From Nitrospirae bacterium JdFR-85 (GTDB lineage Bacteria; Nitrospirota; Thermodesulfovibrionia; Thermodesulfovibrionales; JdFR-85): DNA of 64,000 nucleotides. The stretch is from positions 30,036 through 94,035 of the forward strand of contig MTOU01000007.1 in the NCBI GenBank assembly GCA_002011745.1. The letters run 5' to 3'. The notes under the pieces are model-generated. The model ran no database searches and was not told the DNA's origin. It saw nothing but the letters and a program-made list of their open reading frames with translations. Positions within the stretch are counted from its first letter, which is position 1, and every line of letters starts with the position of its first letter. Shown here piece after piece: positions 38,796 through 49,214 of the stretch. Both the position numbers and the translations under genes were made by a program.

Positions 38796-39628
38796 GCCTA
38801 AGAACAGCTATACTGTTTTCTGCTATTGTACATCTGTTCTTCTCAGTGGTACTTTTGAGGGGGGAATTTCTATCAAAACCCCGTTATACACCAACACCTC
38901 TTGTGGCAAGGATCATAATACCTGAAGAAAAACCCTACCCCATCAAAAAGACAATGCCCCAAAAAGAAAAAAACAAACAGGTCCATAAAATTCCTTCAGA
39001 AGCCAAGAAAAAAACTATACCTTCAACACCTCCTCTTAAACCCAAAAAAGAAAAACCCGCTTCTGCAAAAGAATCTCCTAAGAAGGCTCCCCCGGAGATG
39101 AGACCCAGAAAGGAACCCTCTGGTGTAAAGACTGAAAAGGAAGAAGGATTAAACAAAACCCCTTCCAGTATAAATAAAACAGATATGCCTGAAACACTTC
39201 CTCTTCCGGCAATGCCTTCAGGCAAACAATTGATAGATGAGAGAATAATAGAGAAGATGGCAAAAAAATCCCTTAAACAGACGCAGAAGCCCTCCACTGG
39301 AATCACATTTGATGCCAGCGAGTTAAAATACAAACCCTATCTACAGAAACTGAAAGAAAGGATAGAGAGCATCTGGATATATCCTCCAGAGGCAGCAGCA
39401 AAGGGTATATATGGAGACCTCTATATAAGATTTACCATCAAAAAGAATGGCCATCTTGGTAGCGTAGAGCTATTGAGAACATCAGGCTACAGAGAACTCG
39501 ATGAGGCTGCACTTCAGGCACTACGAGATGGAGAGCCCTACTGGCCTTTGCCAGACTCATGGGGTATGGATGCAATAACGATAACAGGACATTTCATTTA
39601 TACAATATATGGAGTATACATCAGATAG
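38723..39628 (+). CDS. TonB-family energy transducer
   Basis: TM anchor (AILFSAIVHLFFSVVLL), a Pro/Lys-rich spacer and a C-terminal TonB domain (YPPEAAAKGIYGDLYIRFTIKKNGHLGSVELLRTSG). A TTG at 38792, overlapping the upstream stop, is an alternative start. Confidence 0.85.
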   Translation: MAKEGYLKGRPLELYKSVQEIPKLSLRTAILFSAIVHLFFSVVLLRGEFLSKPRYTPTPLVARIIIPEEKPYPIKKTMPQKEKNKQVHKIPSEAKKKTIPSTPPLKPKKEKPASAKESPKKAPPEMRPRKEPSGVKTEKEEGLNKTPSSINKTDMPETLPLPAMPSGKQLIDERIIEKMAKKSLKQTQKPSTGITFDASELKYKPYLQKLKERIESIWIYPPEAAAKGIYGDLYIRFTIKKNGHLGSVELLRTSGYRELDEAALQALRDGEPYWPLPDSWGMDAITITGHFIYTIYGVYIR

Positions 39629-40847
39629 AGAAAGCAAAAGACCCTTTTCAGCACTTTATATTAAAAGCTTCAGGCTATTCTGGCTTGCGCAGATACTGTC
39701 TCTGTCAGGCACATGGATGCACCATATATCCCAAGGATGGCTTGTATATTCTCTAACACGCTCTCCTTTTTATTTAGGGCTTACAGGAACAGCTCTCACC
39801 CTTCCTATACTACTGTTCAGCCTTCTCGGTGGTATAATTGCTGATAGATACCAGAAGAGAAATGTACTTATAATAACCCAATCTCTGAGTATCCTTCCTC
39901 CCTTAATCCTCGGGGTTCTTACTCAGATGGAGCTTGTAACTGTATGGCATGTTATTACTGTTGCCTTTGTGATTGGTACAATAAATGCGATTGATATGCC
40001 TGTAAGGCAGTCCTTTCTTATAGAGATGGTTGGAAAGGGCAATCTTCTGAATGCTATAGCCCTCAGTTCTGCTGCATTCAATGGAGCAAGGATGATAGGC
40101 CCCATAATTGCTGGGTTCATAATATCAGAAATCAGCATATCAGCATGTTTTTATATAAACAGTCTCAGCTTTATACCTGTGGTGATGGTTCTTCAAAAAA
40201 TGAGACTCAAAGGTGATACAAGGCTGAGCTCACAGAGGAGCATGGTCTCAGAGTTCAGAGAGGGCCTCAGGTTTGTAGTTAAAAGAAGAGATATTTCTAT
40301 GATTCTGTTTACTATTTTTGTATTCAGCCTCCTTGGTCTGCCCTACAGCCACTTCTTACCCGTGTTCGCCGAAGACATACTCAAGGTAGGTCCAGAAGGC
40401 TTAGGAATCTTAATGGGAAGCGCAGGTGCAGGTGCACTCGCTGCAGCCCTTGTCATCTCTCTTCTGGGCGAGATAAGGAATAAGGATAGATATATGACCC
40501 TGTCTGCCCTCTCCTTCCCCTCAGCTCTTCTATTATTCTCTTTTAGCCGTAATTATCACTTCTCAATATTAATGCTCGTGCTTCTGGGTTTCTCAATCGT
40601 CAGTTACCTTGCCAATGCAAACAGTTCAATTCAGTTAAGGGTGGATCATAAAATAAGGGGTAGAGTAATGAGTATTTATTCCCTTGTATTCCTCGGTATG
40701 GTCCCTATAGGGAGTGCTATACTGGGGGTCTTTGCTGAGATGATGGGAACACCTGTAATACTAAGAATATCGGCAATCGTGTGTCTTTTCTCTGGTGTCC
40801 TTTTCGGTGCCCATAGATATTTCTCATCGGGATTGAAAGGCCCTTAA
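39609..40847 (+). CDS. MFS transporter
   Basis: 412 aa with about 12 TM segments and a GG.IADR motif after TM2. Confidence 0.85.
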   Translation: MEYTSDRESKRPFSALYIKSFRLFWLAQILSLSGTWMHHISQGWLVYSLTRSPFYLGLTGTALTLPILLFSLLGGIIADRYQKRNVLIITQSLSILPPLILGVLTQMELVTVWHVITVAFVIGTINAIDMPVRQSFLIEMVGKGNLLNAIALSSAAFNGARMIGPIIAGFIISEISISACFYINSLSFIPVVMVLQKMRLKGDTRLSSQRSMVSEFREGLRFVVKRRDISMILFTIFVFSLLGLPYSHFLPVFAEDILKVGPEGLGILMGSAGAGALAAALVISLLGEIRNKDRYMTLSALSFPSALLLFSFSRNYHFSILMLVLLGFSIVSYLANANSSIQLRVDHKIRGRVMSIYSLVFLGMVPIGSAILGVFAEMMGTPVILRISAIVCLFSGVLFGAHRYFSSGLKGP

Positions 40848-41531
40848 AGCCTCTTCTGCTGCCTTCATCTGGGCCTCTTTTTTGCTTCTTCCACTACCCT
40901 TCCCCATAATCTCGCCATTCACCAACACCTCTACTGTAAACACCTTGCTGTGTTCTTTCCCTTCTTCTTTCACTGTTCGGTACTCAGGAAGGGTACCAAA
41001 ACGGTTCTGTGTAAGTTCCTGTAGGGCTGTTTTATAGTCATAATGAATTCTCTTGCTTATAACCTTGAGGATATCCTTTCCTATCAGACCTGTGATTACG
41101 GCCTTTGCCTCTGAATAGCCTCCATCCAGAAATACTGCACCAAATATAGCCTCTAATGCGTCTGCCAAAATGGTATCCTTATCCCTGCCTCCAGATATCT
41201 CTTCTCCCTTCCCCAGCCTAAGGCCCTTACCAATACTGATCCTTCTGGCAGTCTCAGCAAGAACCGCCTTTGAGACAAGATATGCCTTGTATTTTGCCAT
41301 TTCTGACTCTGTGAGCCTATTGGCTGAATTGTACAGATGTTCTGCAACCACAAGCCCCAGAACCGCATCTCCTAAGAACTCGAGCCTCTCATTATCCTCT
41401 ACCCCCTCCTCAGGATGCTCATTCGAGTAGGAGCTGTGTGTAAGGGCAGTAAGAAGGAATGATCTATCCTTAAACCTGTATTTTATCTTCTCCTCAATTC
41501 TCGTCAAATCTTCTGAAAAGGAGACAGGCAT
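40824..41531 (-). CDS. rnc: ribonuclease III
   Basis: ALTHSSY, the [11 protein letters not shown] signature and a C-terminal dsRBD. I chose the ATG at 41531 (MPVSFSEDL) rather than the track's TTG at 41567. Confidence 0.92.
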   Translation of the reverse strand: MPVSFSEDLTRIEEKIKYRFKDRSFLLTALTHSSYSNEHPEEGVEDNERLEFLGDAVLGLVVAEHLYNSANRLTESEMAKYKAYLVSKAVLAETARRISIGKGLRLGKGEEISGGRDKDTILADALEAIFGAVFLDGGYSEAKAVITGLIGKDILKVISKRIHYDYKTALQELTQNRFGTLPEYRTVKEEGKEHSKVFTVEVLVNGEIMGKGSGRSKKEAQMKAAEEALRAFQSR

Positions 41532-42741
41532 TTGTTCCGCCAAAACCAAATGAATTAGAAAGGGCAAAATTGACCGTCATCTTTCTCGCCTCATGGGGTA
41601 CATAATCGAGATCACAATCAGGGTCAGGATTGTCAAGATTTATTGTGGGAGGCACTATGCCATGATATATAGCAAGAATACTAATAATAGCCTCCACTCC
41701 ACCTGAAGCCCCAAGTAGATGCCCTGTCATAGACTTAGTTGAACTTACCACAAGCTTGTAGGCATGTTCTCCAAAGACATTTTTTATTGCCATTGTCTCT
41801 AATTCATCATTGTATTTAGTGGAGGTTCCATGGGCATTGATATAATCCACCTCAGAGGGTGATATTCCTGCATCATCAATCGCCATCTTCATACATCTTG
41901 CTGCCCCTTCTCCATCAGGAGAGGGAGAGGTTATATGATAAGCATCCCCTGTCATTCCATATCCCACTATCTCTGCATATATCTTTGCTCCCCTTCTCAA
42001 GGCATGACCAAGTTCCTCTAAGATCAGAATACCCGCACCCTCGGCCATAACAAAACCGTCTCTGTCTTTGTCAAAAGGTCGACTCGCCTTCTGTGGCTCA
42101 TCATTCCTTGTGGACAGAGCCCTCATCACAGCAAAGCCCGATATTCCGAGAGGTGTAATCACTGATTCAGCACCTCCTGCTATCATCACATCAGCATCAC
42201 CCCTCTGAATAATCTTGTAGGCATCGCCAATTGCATGAGATGCGGAGGAACAGGCAGTTACAACGGCCGAGTTTGGTCCTTTTGCACCAAAACGTATAGA
42301 GACCTGCCCTGAGGCAAGATTAATAATACTCATAGGTATAAAGAAGGGTGTAATTCTCCTGTAGCCCCTTTCATAAAGGACCAGTGTATACTGCTCTATC
42401 TTTGGCAATCCCCCAATTCCAGAGCCAATAATTACACCAACCCTGTCTGCATTGTTCGAGTCGATCTTCAGGCCAGAGTCATCCATTGCCATCTGACTAG
42501 CTGCTATAGCAAAATGTATAAAGCGGTCCATCTTCTTGATCTCTTTCTGCTCGATATAATCCGCAGGATCAAACCCCTTCACCTCACCAGCTATCTGTAC
42601 AGGCAGGTTAGACGGATCAAACTGTGTTATCCTGTCTATACCTGATCTACCCTCCACAAGGGCATCCCAGGTACTTTCAACACCAATACCCAAGGGCGTA
42701 ACTGCCCCCAATCCTGTAATTACAACTCTTCTCTTTTGCAT
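41494..42741 (-). CDS. fabF: beta-ketoacyl-ACP synthase II
   Basis: 415 aa with the [10 protein letters not shown] active-site Cys, HGTST and GHLLGASG motifs. Confidence 0.95.
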   Translation of the reverse strand: MQKRRVVITGLGAVTPLGIGVESTWDALVEGRSGIDRITQFDPSNLPVQIAGEVKGFDPADYIEQKEIKKMDRFIHFAIAASQMAMDDSGLKIDSNNADRVGVIIGSGIGGLPKIEQYTLVLYERGYRRITPFFIPMSIINLASGQVSIRFGAKGPNSAVVTACSSASHAIGDAYKIIQRGDADVMIAGGAESVITPLGISGFAVMRALSTRNDEPQKASRPFDKDRDGFVMAEGAGILILEELGHALRRGAKIYAEIVGYGMTGDAYHITSPSPDGEGAARCMKMAIDDAGISPSEVDYINAHGTSTKYNDELETMAIKNVFGEHAYKLVVSSTKSMTGHLLGASGGVEAIISILAIYHGIVPPTINLDNPDPDCDLDYVPHEARKMTVNFALSNSFGFGGTNACLLFRRFDEN

Positions 42742-42813
42742 TTTAATTCAATCTCTTATAGATGTGGCTTCCCAAAAAGTGTTTATAGAAGATCACTATA
42801 AGTCCCTAACAGT

Positions 42814-43050
42814 CTATGACTGATTTGTCTTCTGTTTTATATAATCTATTGCATCCTGTACTTTGACTATCTTCTCAGCATCTTCATCAGGAATCTCGAC
42901 CCCAAAGGTCTCTTCAAAGGCCATCACAAGCTCCACAGTATCAAGAGAATCGGCTCCAAGGTCATCAACAAATGTAGCCTCAGGGGTCACCTGATTGATA
43001 TCAACACCAAGCTGTTTTGCAATTAACTCTCTCACCTTTTCTTCCACCAT
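42814..43050 (-). CDS. acpP: acyl carrier protein
   Basis: 78 aa with the [12 protein letters not shown] phosphopantetheine site. Confidence 0.97.
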   Translation of the reverse strand: MVEEKVRELIAKQLGVDINQVTPEATFVDDLGADSLDTVELVMAFEETFGVEIPDEDAEKIVKVQDAIDYIKQKTNQS

Positions 43051-43098
43051 AACCAGTTACCTCCTTAGGTTTTGATTGTTGCTTATATAATAACCTGA

Positions 43099-43839
43099 TT
43101 ACATATACATACCACCATTGACATGTATCACCTGTCCTGTGATATAACCCGCCTCTGTAGAGGCGAGAAACACAACTGCATTTGCCACATCCTCAGGACT
43201 ACCAAATCTACGAAGAGGAATATTCTTCAACATCTCCTCTTTTATATTATCAGGCAAGGCCTCTGTCATTGCAGTGGTAATGAAACCTGGTGCTACTGCA
43301 TTGCAAGTAATGCCTCTACTGGCATACTCCTTTGCTATTGTTTTGGTAAGACCAAGTAAAGCGGCCTTGGATGCGGAATAATTCACCTGACCTGGATTAC
43401 CTGTAAATGCCACTATAGAGGATATATTAATTATCCTGCCAAACCTCTTCTTAGCCATGAGCTTCAGGGCCTCTTTACTGCAGAGAAATGCGCTCTTGAG
43501 GTTCACATCAATTACTGCATCCCATTCCTCTTCTTTCATTCTCAGCACTAAGGTGTCTCTTGTTATCCCTGCATTGTTTACAAGAATATCAACCCCACCC
43601 AGTTTCTCAACAACTGTATTAAACATCTCTTTTACATCTTCTGACTTTGATACATCACACTTTATAGATATTGACTCTACGCCCAGGGCCTTAAGTTCGT
43701 CCGCTGTCTTTACTGCTTCCTCATCCATTAGATCTACTACTGCAATATTAGCCCCCCTCTTCGCAAAGGCCTCACATATAGCCTTTCCTATACCTCTGGC
43801 ACCCCCGGTTACTATGACTACCTGACCTTTAAAATCCAT
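43099..43839 (-). CDS. fabG: 3-oxoacyl-ACP reductase
   Basis: 246 aa SDR with TGGARGIG, NNAG and YSASKAA, located upstream of acpP-fabF. Confidence 0.92.
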   Translation of the reverse strand: MDFKGQVVIVTGGARGIGKAICEAFAKRGANIAVVDLMDEEAVKTADELKALGVESISIKCDVSKSEDVKEMFNTVVEKLGGVDILVNNAGITRDTLVLRMKEEEWDAVIDVNLKSAFLCSKEALKLMAKKRFGRIINISSIVAFTGNPGQVNYSASKAALLGLTKTIAKEYASRGITCNAVAPGFITTAMTEALPDNIKEEMLKNIPLRRFGSPEDVANAVVFLASTEAGYITGQVIHVNGGMYM

Positions 43840-44222
43840 CCTCTCCCCCTTTTAATTATATTATGGAAATTACAGAGATAAATTTTACCAGAGTTGGAAT
43901 AATATTTTCCAATCCTTGAAATCAATGACCATTGGTTTCGTTAATATAATTACAACAATCTTCAAATTTTCAAAGTTACAGAGTATTATTAGGCTTTAAT
44001 TAACATTTTTTAAGAAAATCTATTGATATTTAATATTATTAAATGATATACCTTAAGAATATAAGGAATCTCATCTTTACTAAAGGTACATATCAACAAG
44101 AGGAAGAATAGAATTTACAGTATATAGTTTCAATGTTTAGAAACATATTGACTAATCTCAGGTCCAACTGTTAAAATTAAATAATATCCTGCGGAATAAA
44201 TTTCAGTATTAAGGAGGAAATT

Positions 44223-44624
44223 ATGGCAGAGAAAAAGAAGATGGCGATTGTTGCAAGCAAAGCAACCCTTGATATGGCCTATGCACCCCTGGTGATTGGT
44301 ACCACAGCAGCAACCCTCGATGCAGAAGTAAGAATATTTTTTGCATTTGGCGGATTGAATATACTGCATAAGGAGATGAACAAAAAGCTACCTCCTCCAC
44401 AGGGCATGGAGGAGATGCCCCAGCTGGCAAGTAATGTAGGCTGGGCAGCAATTCCAGAAATGCTCCAGATGTGTAAAGATGCGGGTGTAAAACTCATAGC
44501 CTGTTCTGCAACAATGAAGATGCTTGGTTATAAAGAAGAAGACCTTATCGATGGAGTAGAGATTGCAGATGCAGACAGGTTTGTTGAGTTTGCCCTCGAG
44601 GCAGACTCAACCCTCTTTGTATAG
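44223..44624 (+). CDS. DsrE/DsrF-like family protein
   Basis: 133 aa, AAGGAGG RBS. The MAIVASK.TLD.AY..L....TA...... and ACSATMKM pattern recalls DrsE_2-type proteins. The family call is from memory. Confidence 0.55.
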   Translation: MAEKKKMAIVASKATLDMAYAPLVIGTTAATLDAEVRIFFAFGGLNILHKEMNKKLPPPQGMEEMPQLASNVGWAAIPEMLQMCKDAGVKLIACSATMKMLGYKEEDLIDGVEIADADRFVEFALEADSTLFV

Positions 44625-44787
44625 AGCCTGAGGGGCGTGTCCCATGAGACATGCCCCAAGGAACCTCCTTTCACTCATTGTCATTCTCACCCTTAGTAGA
44701 TGGCTTCACATTATGATGCTCCATTGTGCTCTGACTTTTGTTAAAAGGTAATCTAAATTGTGTTGGCAAAAAAGGATGTGATAAAAT

Positions 44788-46422
44788 GTGAAAATGCAGA
44801 TAAGAAAGGAGCTTGAAGAGATACTGAAAGAGATAGGGGTGAAAGCCCCTTTTATTGAACTGGAGGTGCCACGGGTGAACTCCCATGGTGATATCTCAAC
44901 ACCTGTGGCAATGATGATTGCACGACAGGTCAAAAAGCCCCCCAGGGAGATAGCAGAACAGATCAGTAAGCACCTCTGTTGTCTGAGCGCCTATGAGAGG
45001 GTAGAAGTGGCTGGACCAGGATTTATCAATATATTCTTTAAGCCTGAGTATCTTTATGAACAACTAAAAAAACTCCTTATCTCTCCAGAAGAGACCCTCA
45101 GGATGAATATAGGCAATGGCCAGAGCATACAAATAGAGTTCGTTAGTGCCAATCCTACAGGCCCTCTACACCTCGGCCATGGCAGAGGAGCAGCAGTAGG
45201 TGCTGCACTCAGCAATCTCCTTGAGAAGGCAGGATACTCTGTAGAAAGAGAGTTCTATATAAATGATGCTGGCAGACAGGTATGGCTCCTTGGAGAGAGT
45301 GTTTTCGCCCGATATTGTGAGACCTTTGGGGTTGATTATCCCTTTCCTGAAGAGGGTTACAGGGGAGAATACATAAAAGAGATAGCAAATGAGCTGAAAG
45401 AAGAAGTAGCCGAAGAATATATAAACAGAAGATATGATGAGGTTGCAGAGTTTTTTATAGACTATGGAGTCAATAGAATGCTTCAGTGGATAAGGAGAGA
45501 CCTCGAGGAATTTGGAGTATTCTTTGACAGATGGCAGTCTGAAAAGACTCTGTACAACGAGGGAATTGTCCAGAAGTGTCATGAAGAACTGAGGAAAAAG
45601 GGATATCTCTATGATAAAGATGGTGCAGTATGGTTCAGGGCAACAGAATTTGGTGATGACAAGGACAGGGTAGTTATAAAAAGTGATGGTTCTCCCACAT
45701 ATTTCGCCTCTGATATAGCCTACCACTGGTATAAGCTACAGAGGGGGTTTGACCAGTTAGTGAACATCTGGGGAGCGGATCATCATGGTTACATTCCCAG
45801 GATTAAGGCGGTAATAAAGGCACTGGGGCAGTCTGAGGAGAAACTCCATATCCTGCTTGTACAGATGGTAAATCTCCTACGAGCTGGAAGACCTGTTCAG
45901 ATGTCAAAAAGGGCAGGTGAGTTTATCACTCTCAGAGAGGTTATTGAAGAGGTAGGATCTGATATCACAAAATTTATCTTTCTCACCAGGCGGCCTGACA
46001 GTCACTTGGATTTTGATATTGAAGTGGCCAAAAAAGAATCCTCAGAGAATCCTGTCTACTATGTACAGTACGCCTATGCAAGGATAAACAGTATCTTCAG
46101 AAATGCAGAAGAAGAACTGCTTAAGGACCTTGAAAAATCAGACCTTACACTGTTACGGCAGGATGAGGAATTAACCCTGATAAAAAAGACCCTCTTTTAT
46201 ATGATTATGTTTGAAGGTGCTGTCAGAGAACTGGAGCCCCATAGAGTTACATTCTATCTTCAGGAATTGGCAAAACTATTTCACTCTTTTTATACAAAAC
46301 ACCGTGTGCTTGGCAACAAGACTGAACTGAGCAGAGCGAGACTGGCTCTATGTAAGGCAGTTTTTATGGTTTTACGAGAGGGACTATCAATATTGGGTGT
46401 GACTGCCCCAGAGAAGATGTGA
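44788..46422 (+). CDS. argS: arginine--tRNA ligase
   Basis: 544 aa, GTG start. SANPTGPLHLGHGR (HIGH region), QMSKRAG (KMSK-like) and a DALR anticodon-binding end. Confidence 0.95.
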   Translation: MKMQIRKELEEILKEIGVKAPFIELEVPRVNSHGDISTPVAMMIARQVKKPPREIAEQISKHLCCLSAYERVEVAGPGFINIFFKPEYLYEQLKKLLISPEETLRMNIGNGQSIQIEFVSANPTGPLHLGHGRGAAVGAALSNLLEKAGYSVEREFYINDAGRQVWLLGESVFARYCETFGVDYPFPEEGYRGEYIKEIANELKEEVAEEYINRRYDEVAEFFIDYGVNRMLQWIRRDLEEFGVFFDRWQSEKTLYNEGIVQKCHEELRKKGYLYDKDGAVWFRATEFGDDKDRVVIKSDGSPTYFASDIAYHWYKLQRGFDQLVNIWGADHHGYIPRIKAVIKALGQSEEKLHILLVQMVNLLRAGRPVQMSKRAGEFITLREVIEEVGSDITKFIFLTRRPDSHLDFDIEVAKKESSENPVYYVQYAYARINSIFRNAEEELLKDLEKSDLTLLRQDEELTLIKKTLFYMIMFEGAVRELEPHRVTFYLQELAKLFHSFYTKHRVLGNKTELSRARLALCKAVFMVLREGLSILGVTAPEKM

Positions 46423-46470
46423 AGATTCCCGGCCAGGGTCGGTGTTCGGCACAAGGAGACATTTTAAGGT

Positions 46471-47106
46471 GTGCTTAAAACTTTAGAGGATAAAAAGAGA
46501 GAGATTCTTCAGTATGCTGAAAGGTTTTTATGTAACCTCACAGAAAGGTGTATCCAGGAATGTGGCAAAAACATAAGTGCTATTGAGTTTCCTGTTTTTA
46601 AGAAGTTTATATCTTACCGCACCAGAAGAGAGATTGAGTTTAACAGGATATGTCTTGAACAGGCAGAAATACTCTATCAGACAGAAACGGAACTGACAGA
46701 GGAGGATATAAAGGATATCCTGGAGGAAAGTAAGAGCATTGACAAAAAACTCCTCAGAGATATAAGACTTCTACCACTGAGGCTCTCTTTTAATTATCAG
46801 AAGATCTCACCTTTGAGGAGGGAGAGAATAATAAAACAGGTGATGCTTTTCAAAAGGATGCTCCATATTGAAAACCCTTTAGACTATCCTGACATGGTGA
46901 GAAAGGCCTTCCAGAAAAAGGAATTTATAAGTATAAACAACGATATTGTTGAACTTTATGCAGAGGAGGCATTTATAATAAACTCCTCACTTAAATCCAT
47001 ATTAAAGATAGATACAGAGGCACTTTCTCATAGAATCTACTGCTCCATGATAGACGTGGGGTTTGCTTTAAACAGAGAAGTAGCTGAAGAGATATTCGGA
47101 AAATGA
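46471..47106 (+). CDS. hypothetical protein
   Basis: 211 aa, GTG start, 4-nt overlap with lgt. I recognise no family. Confidence 0.55.
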   Translation: MLKTLEDKKREILQYAERFLCNLTERCIQECGKNISAIEFPVFKKFISYRTRREIEFNRICLEQAEILYQTETELTEEDIKDILEESKSIDKKLLRDIRLLPLRLSFNYQKISPLRRERIIKQVMLFKRMLHIENPLDYPDMVRKAFQKKEFISINNDIVELYAEEAFIINSSLKSILKIDTEALSHRIYCSMIDVGFALNREVAEEIFGK

Positions 47107-47882
47107 TAAGCTATCCCAACATAAAACCCTATATAGTAAAGATAGGCCCCTTTGAGGTGAGATGGTATGGCCTGATGTATCTCTTCGGTTTTATCACATC
47201 TTATATACTTGTGAGATACCAGATAAAAAAGAGGAAACTCCCTCTATCAACTAAGATCATAGATGAGATATATTTTTATCTAATCCTGGGGCTTATCATA
47301 GGTGCAAGGCTGGGGTATGTAATTTTCTATAACCTGGGTGAGTATATTAAAAACCCTCTTGAAATATTTGCAGTATGGCATGGAGGCATGTCCTTTCACG
47401 GAGGACTCATAGGTGCTCTCTTGGCAGGTGTCTATGTTACAAAGAGATATAAACTCGACTTCTGGCTTTATTCTGACCTGATAATTGTCACAGCACCGAT
47501 AGGACTTGGTCTTGGCAGAATCGGAAATTTTATCAATGGAGAACTCTATGGAAGGGTCACAACCCTGCCCTGGGGGATGGTATTCCCAGCAGGAGGTCCT
47601 CTCCCGAGACATCCTTCACAACTGTACGAGGCATTCTTTGAAGGCCTTGTGCTGTTTTTAATCCTTTGGTATATGAAGGACAGAGTCACCAAAAAAGGCA
47701 GACTCACAGCAGCTTTTTTGCTCTTCTATGGTATATTCCGCTTCTTTATAGAATTCTTCAGGGAACCTGACCCACAACTGGGATTCATTATCGGGCCTTT
47801 CACAATGGGTCAGATACTCTGCATTGGTATGATAATCGTAGGGAGCTTTATATGGAGAGTATCGGGCAACTCTAAAATATGA
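47103..47882 (+). CDS. lgt: prolipoprotein diacylglyceryl transferase
   Basis: 259 aa with YGLMY..G, GGMSFHGG, GRIGNFINGEL and HPSQLYE motifs. Confidence 0.95.
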   Translation: MISYPNIKPYIVKIGPFEVRWYGLMYLFGFITSYILVRYQIKKRKLPLSTKIIDEIYFYLILGLIIGARLGYVIFYNLGEYIKNPLEIFAVWHGGMSFHGGLIGALLAGVYVTKRYKLDFWLYSDLIIVTAPIGLGLGRIGNFINGELYGRVTTLPWGMVFPAGGPLPRHPSQLYEAFFEGLVLFLILWYMKDRVTKKGRLTAAFLLFYGIFRFFIEFFREPDPQLGFIIGPFTMGQILCIGMIIVGSFIWRVSGNSKI

Positions 47883-47918
47883 TATAATCAACTTAAATCT
47901 AAATTAAAGGAGGGCAAG

Positions 47919-48206
47919 ATGGGATACTATGTTATTTTAAGTACCCTTACTGACGAAGGCAGAAAAACCCTGAAGGAGAAACCTGAAAGAATTCTTGAAG
48001 TAAATAAGGAACTTGAGGCGATGGGGATAAAGGTAAAGGAGCAGTTTGCTGTCCTAGGGCCTTATGATTTTGTTAATATTGTAGAAGCACCAGACAATGA
48101 GACTGTAACAAAGATGTCTGTGGAGATCGGAGCCAGAGGAACTGTACAATTGATGAGTATGGCTGCCATTCCTGTGGAAGAACTGATAAAGACCCTCAAG
48201 AAATAA
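47919..48206 (+). CDS. GYD domain protein
   Basis: 95 aa, AAGGAGG RBS, LGPYDFV (GxYD) core. Confidence 0.8.
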   Translation: MGYYVILSTLTDEGRKTLKEKPERILEVNKELEAMGIKVKEQFAVLGPYDFVNIVEAPDNETVTKMSVEIGARGTVQLMSMAAIPVEELIKTLKK

Positions 48207-48210
48207 TCCC

Positions 48211-49194
48211 TTAATCTTCTGCCCTGAAAGAGAGCATAACTTCTGATATAACCCTTTCAGGGCAGTCTCTGTATTTTGGAGACAGATGCAGGGGTCTCAC
48301 TTCTTTCACCTTTGCCCGGCGTGCAATATAGCCTGCTATATCAGCCGTGAGATGATTCCGCTGCAAGGCCCTGTCAGCATCCTCCTTTAGAAAATAGGCC
48401 TCGATATAAAGGGTATGAGAACCCTCTACAAGCTCTATTACAGCACTGATATTCTCCTCTGTAGGGGCCATATCTACAACATAGGAGACCTTCTGCCCCT
48501 CTGTTAGTCTCACTATATCCATGAGTTCAGAAAAGGAGTAAGTCCTACCATCCACTTCTATTGACTCATTATCTCTTCCCTCTCTTATCATTGTCTTGAA
48601 ATGAGAAAGCCATGGACCCACTGGAAGCCCTTTTGCTTTGAGTCTTTCCTTGTCAATATTTATATGAAAGGGCTCTTTTATGGCAAAGGCAAGGACCGGA
48701 ATACCATGATTGACCCTGGCAAAGCTCACATTGAACAAGGGTTCTTGAAGTAGTATGTTATTGTCTATCTGCTTCATATCTACAGGCACCTCAGAAAACC
48801 TCTGCTCAGCAGGAAATTTTGTTGTCTTAAGATCTCCTCCCACAAGTTCTTTCACAAAAATAACCAGAGGATACTCCTCTACAAGATTCCATGTATACCC
48901 TGACAGTTTCCCTTTCACTGCCTTAGTAATACCCTCTGGACCATAGATATTAACCGGTTCAGGTCTCCTCAACAGAACTCGGAGAAGTTTATCAAAGCCT
49001 ATAAAATGATCAATATGGGTATGGGTTATGAATACATCGGTTAGTTTATTTATCTGTCTTGGGGTGAGATTGTCAATGTCTCCGGCATCAAACAGGATAG
49101 CCCTTTTCTCGTATAAAAACTGGACATACACTACCGGATCTTCAAAAAGGCCATTTACCGGAGAATGTATAAAAGATGGTCTCATCCAGAACAA
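48211..49194 (-). CDS. MBL-fold metallo-hydrolase (RNase Z-like)
   Basis: 327 aa with the ITHTHIDHFIGFD (HxHxDH) motif. Confidence 0.8.
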   Translation of the reverse strand: MFWMRPSFIHSPVNGLFEDPVVYVQFLYEKRAILFDAGDIDNLTPRQINKLTDVFITHTHIDHFIGFDKLLRVLLRRPEPVNIYGPEGITKAVKGKLSGYTWNLVEEYPLVIFVKELVGGDLKTTKFPAEQRFSEVPVDMKQIDNNILLQEPLFNVSFARVNHGIPVLAFAIKEPFHINIDKERLKAKGLPVGPWLSHFKTMIREGRDNESIEVDGRTYSFSELMDIVRLTEGQKVSYVVDMAPTEENISAVIELVEGSHTLYIEAYFLKEDADRALQRNHLTADIAGYIARRAKVKEVRPLHLSPKYRDCPERVISEVMLSFRAED

Positions 49195-49214
49195 CCAGTT
49201 TAGTCTTTAACTCA

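Noticed and set aside
44625-44787. T-box or other leader RNA upstream of argS
   Set aside because: There is only one imperfect hairpin (GGGGCGTGTC...GACATGCCCC), which is better explained as the end of the upstream DsrE-like transcript. I saw no T-box consensus and no specifier-loop architecture.
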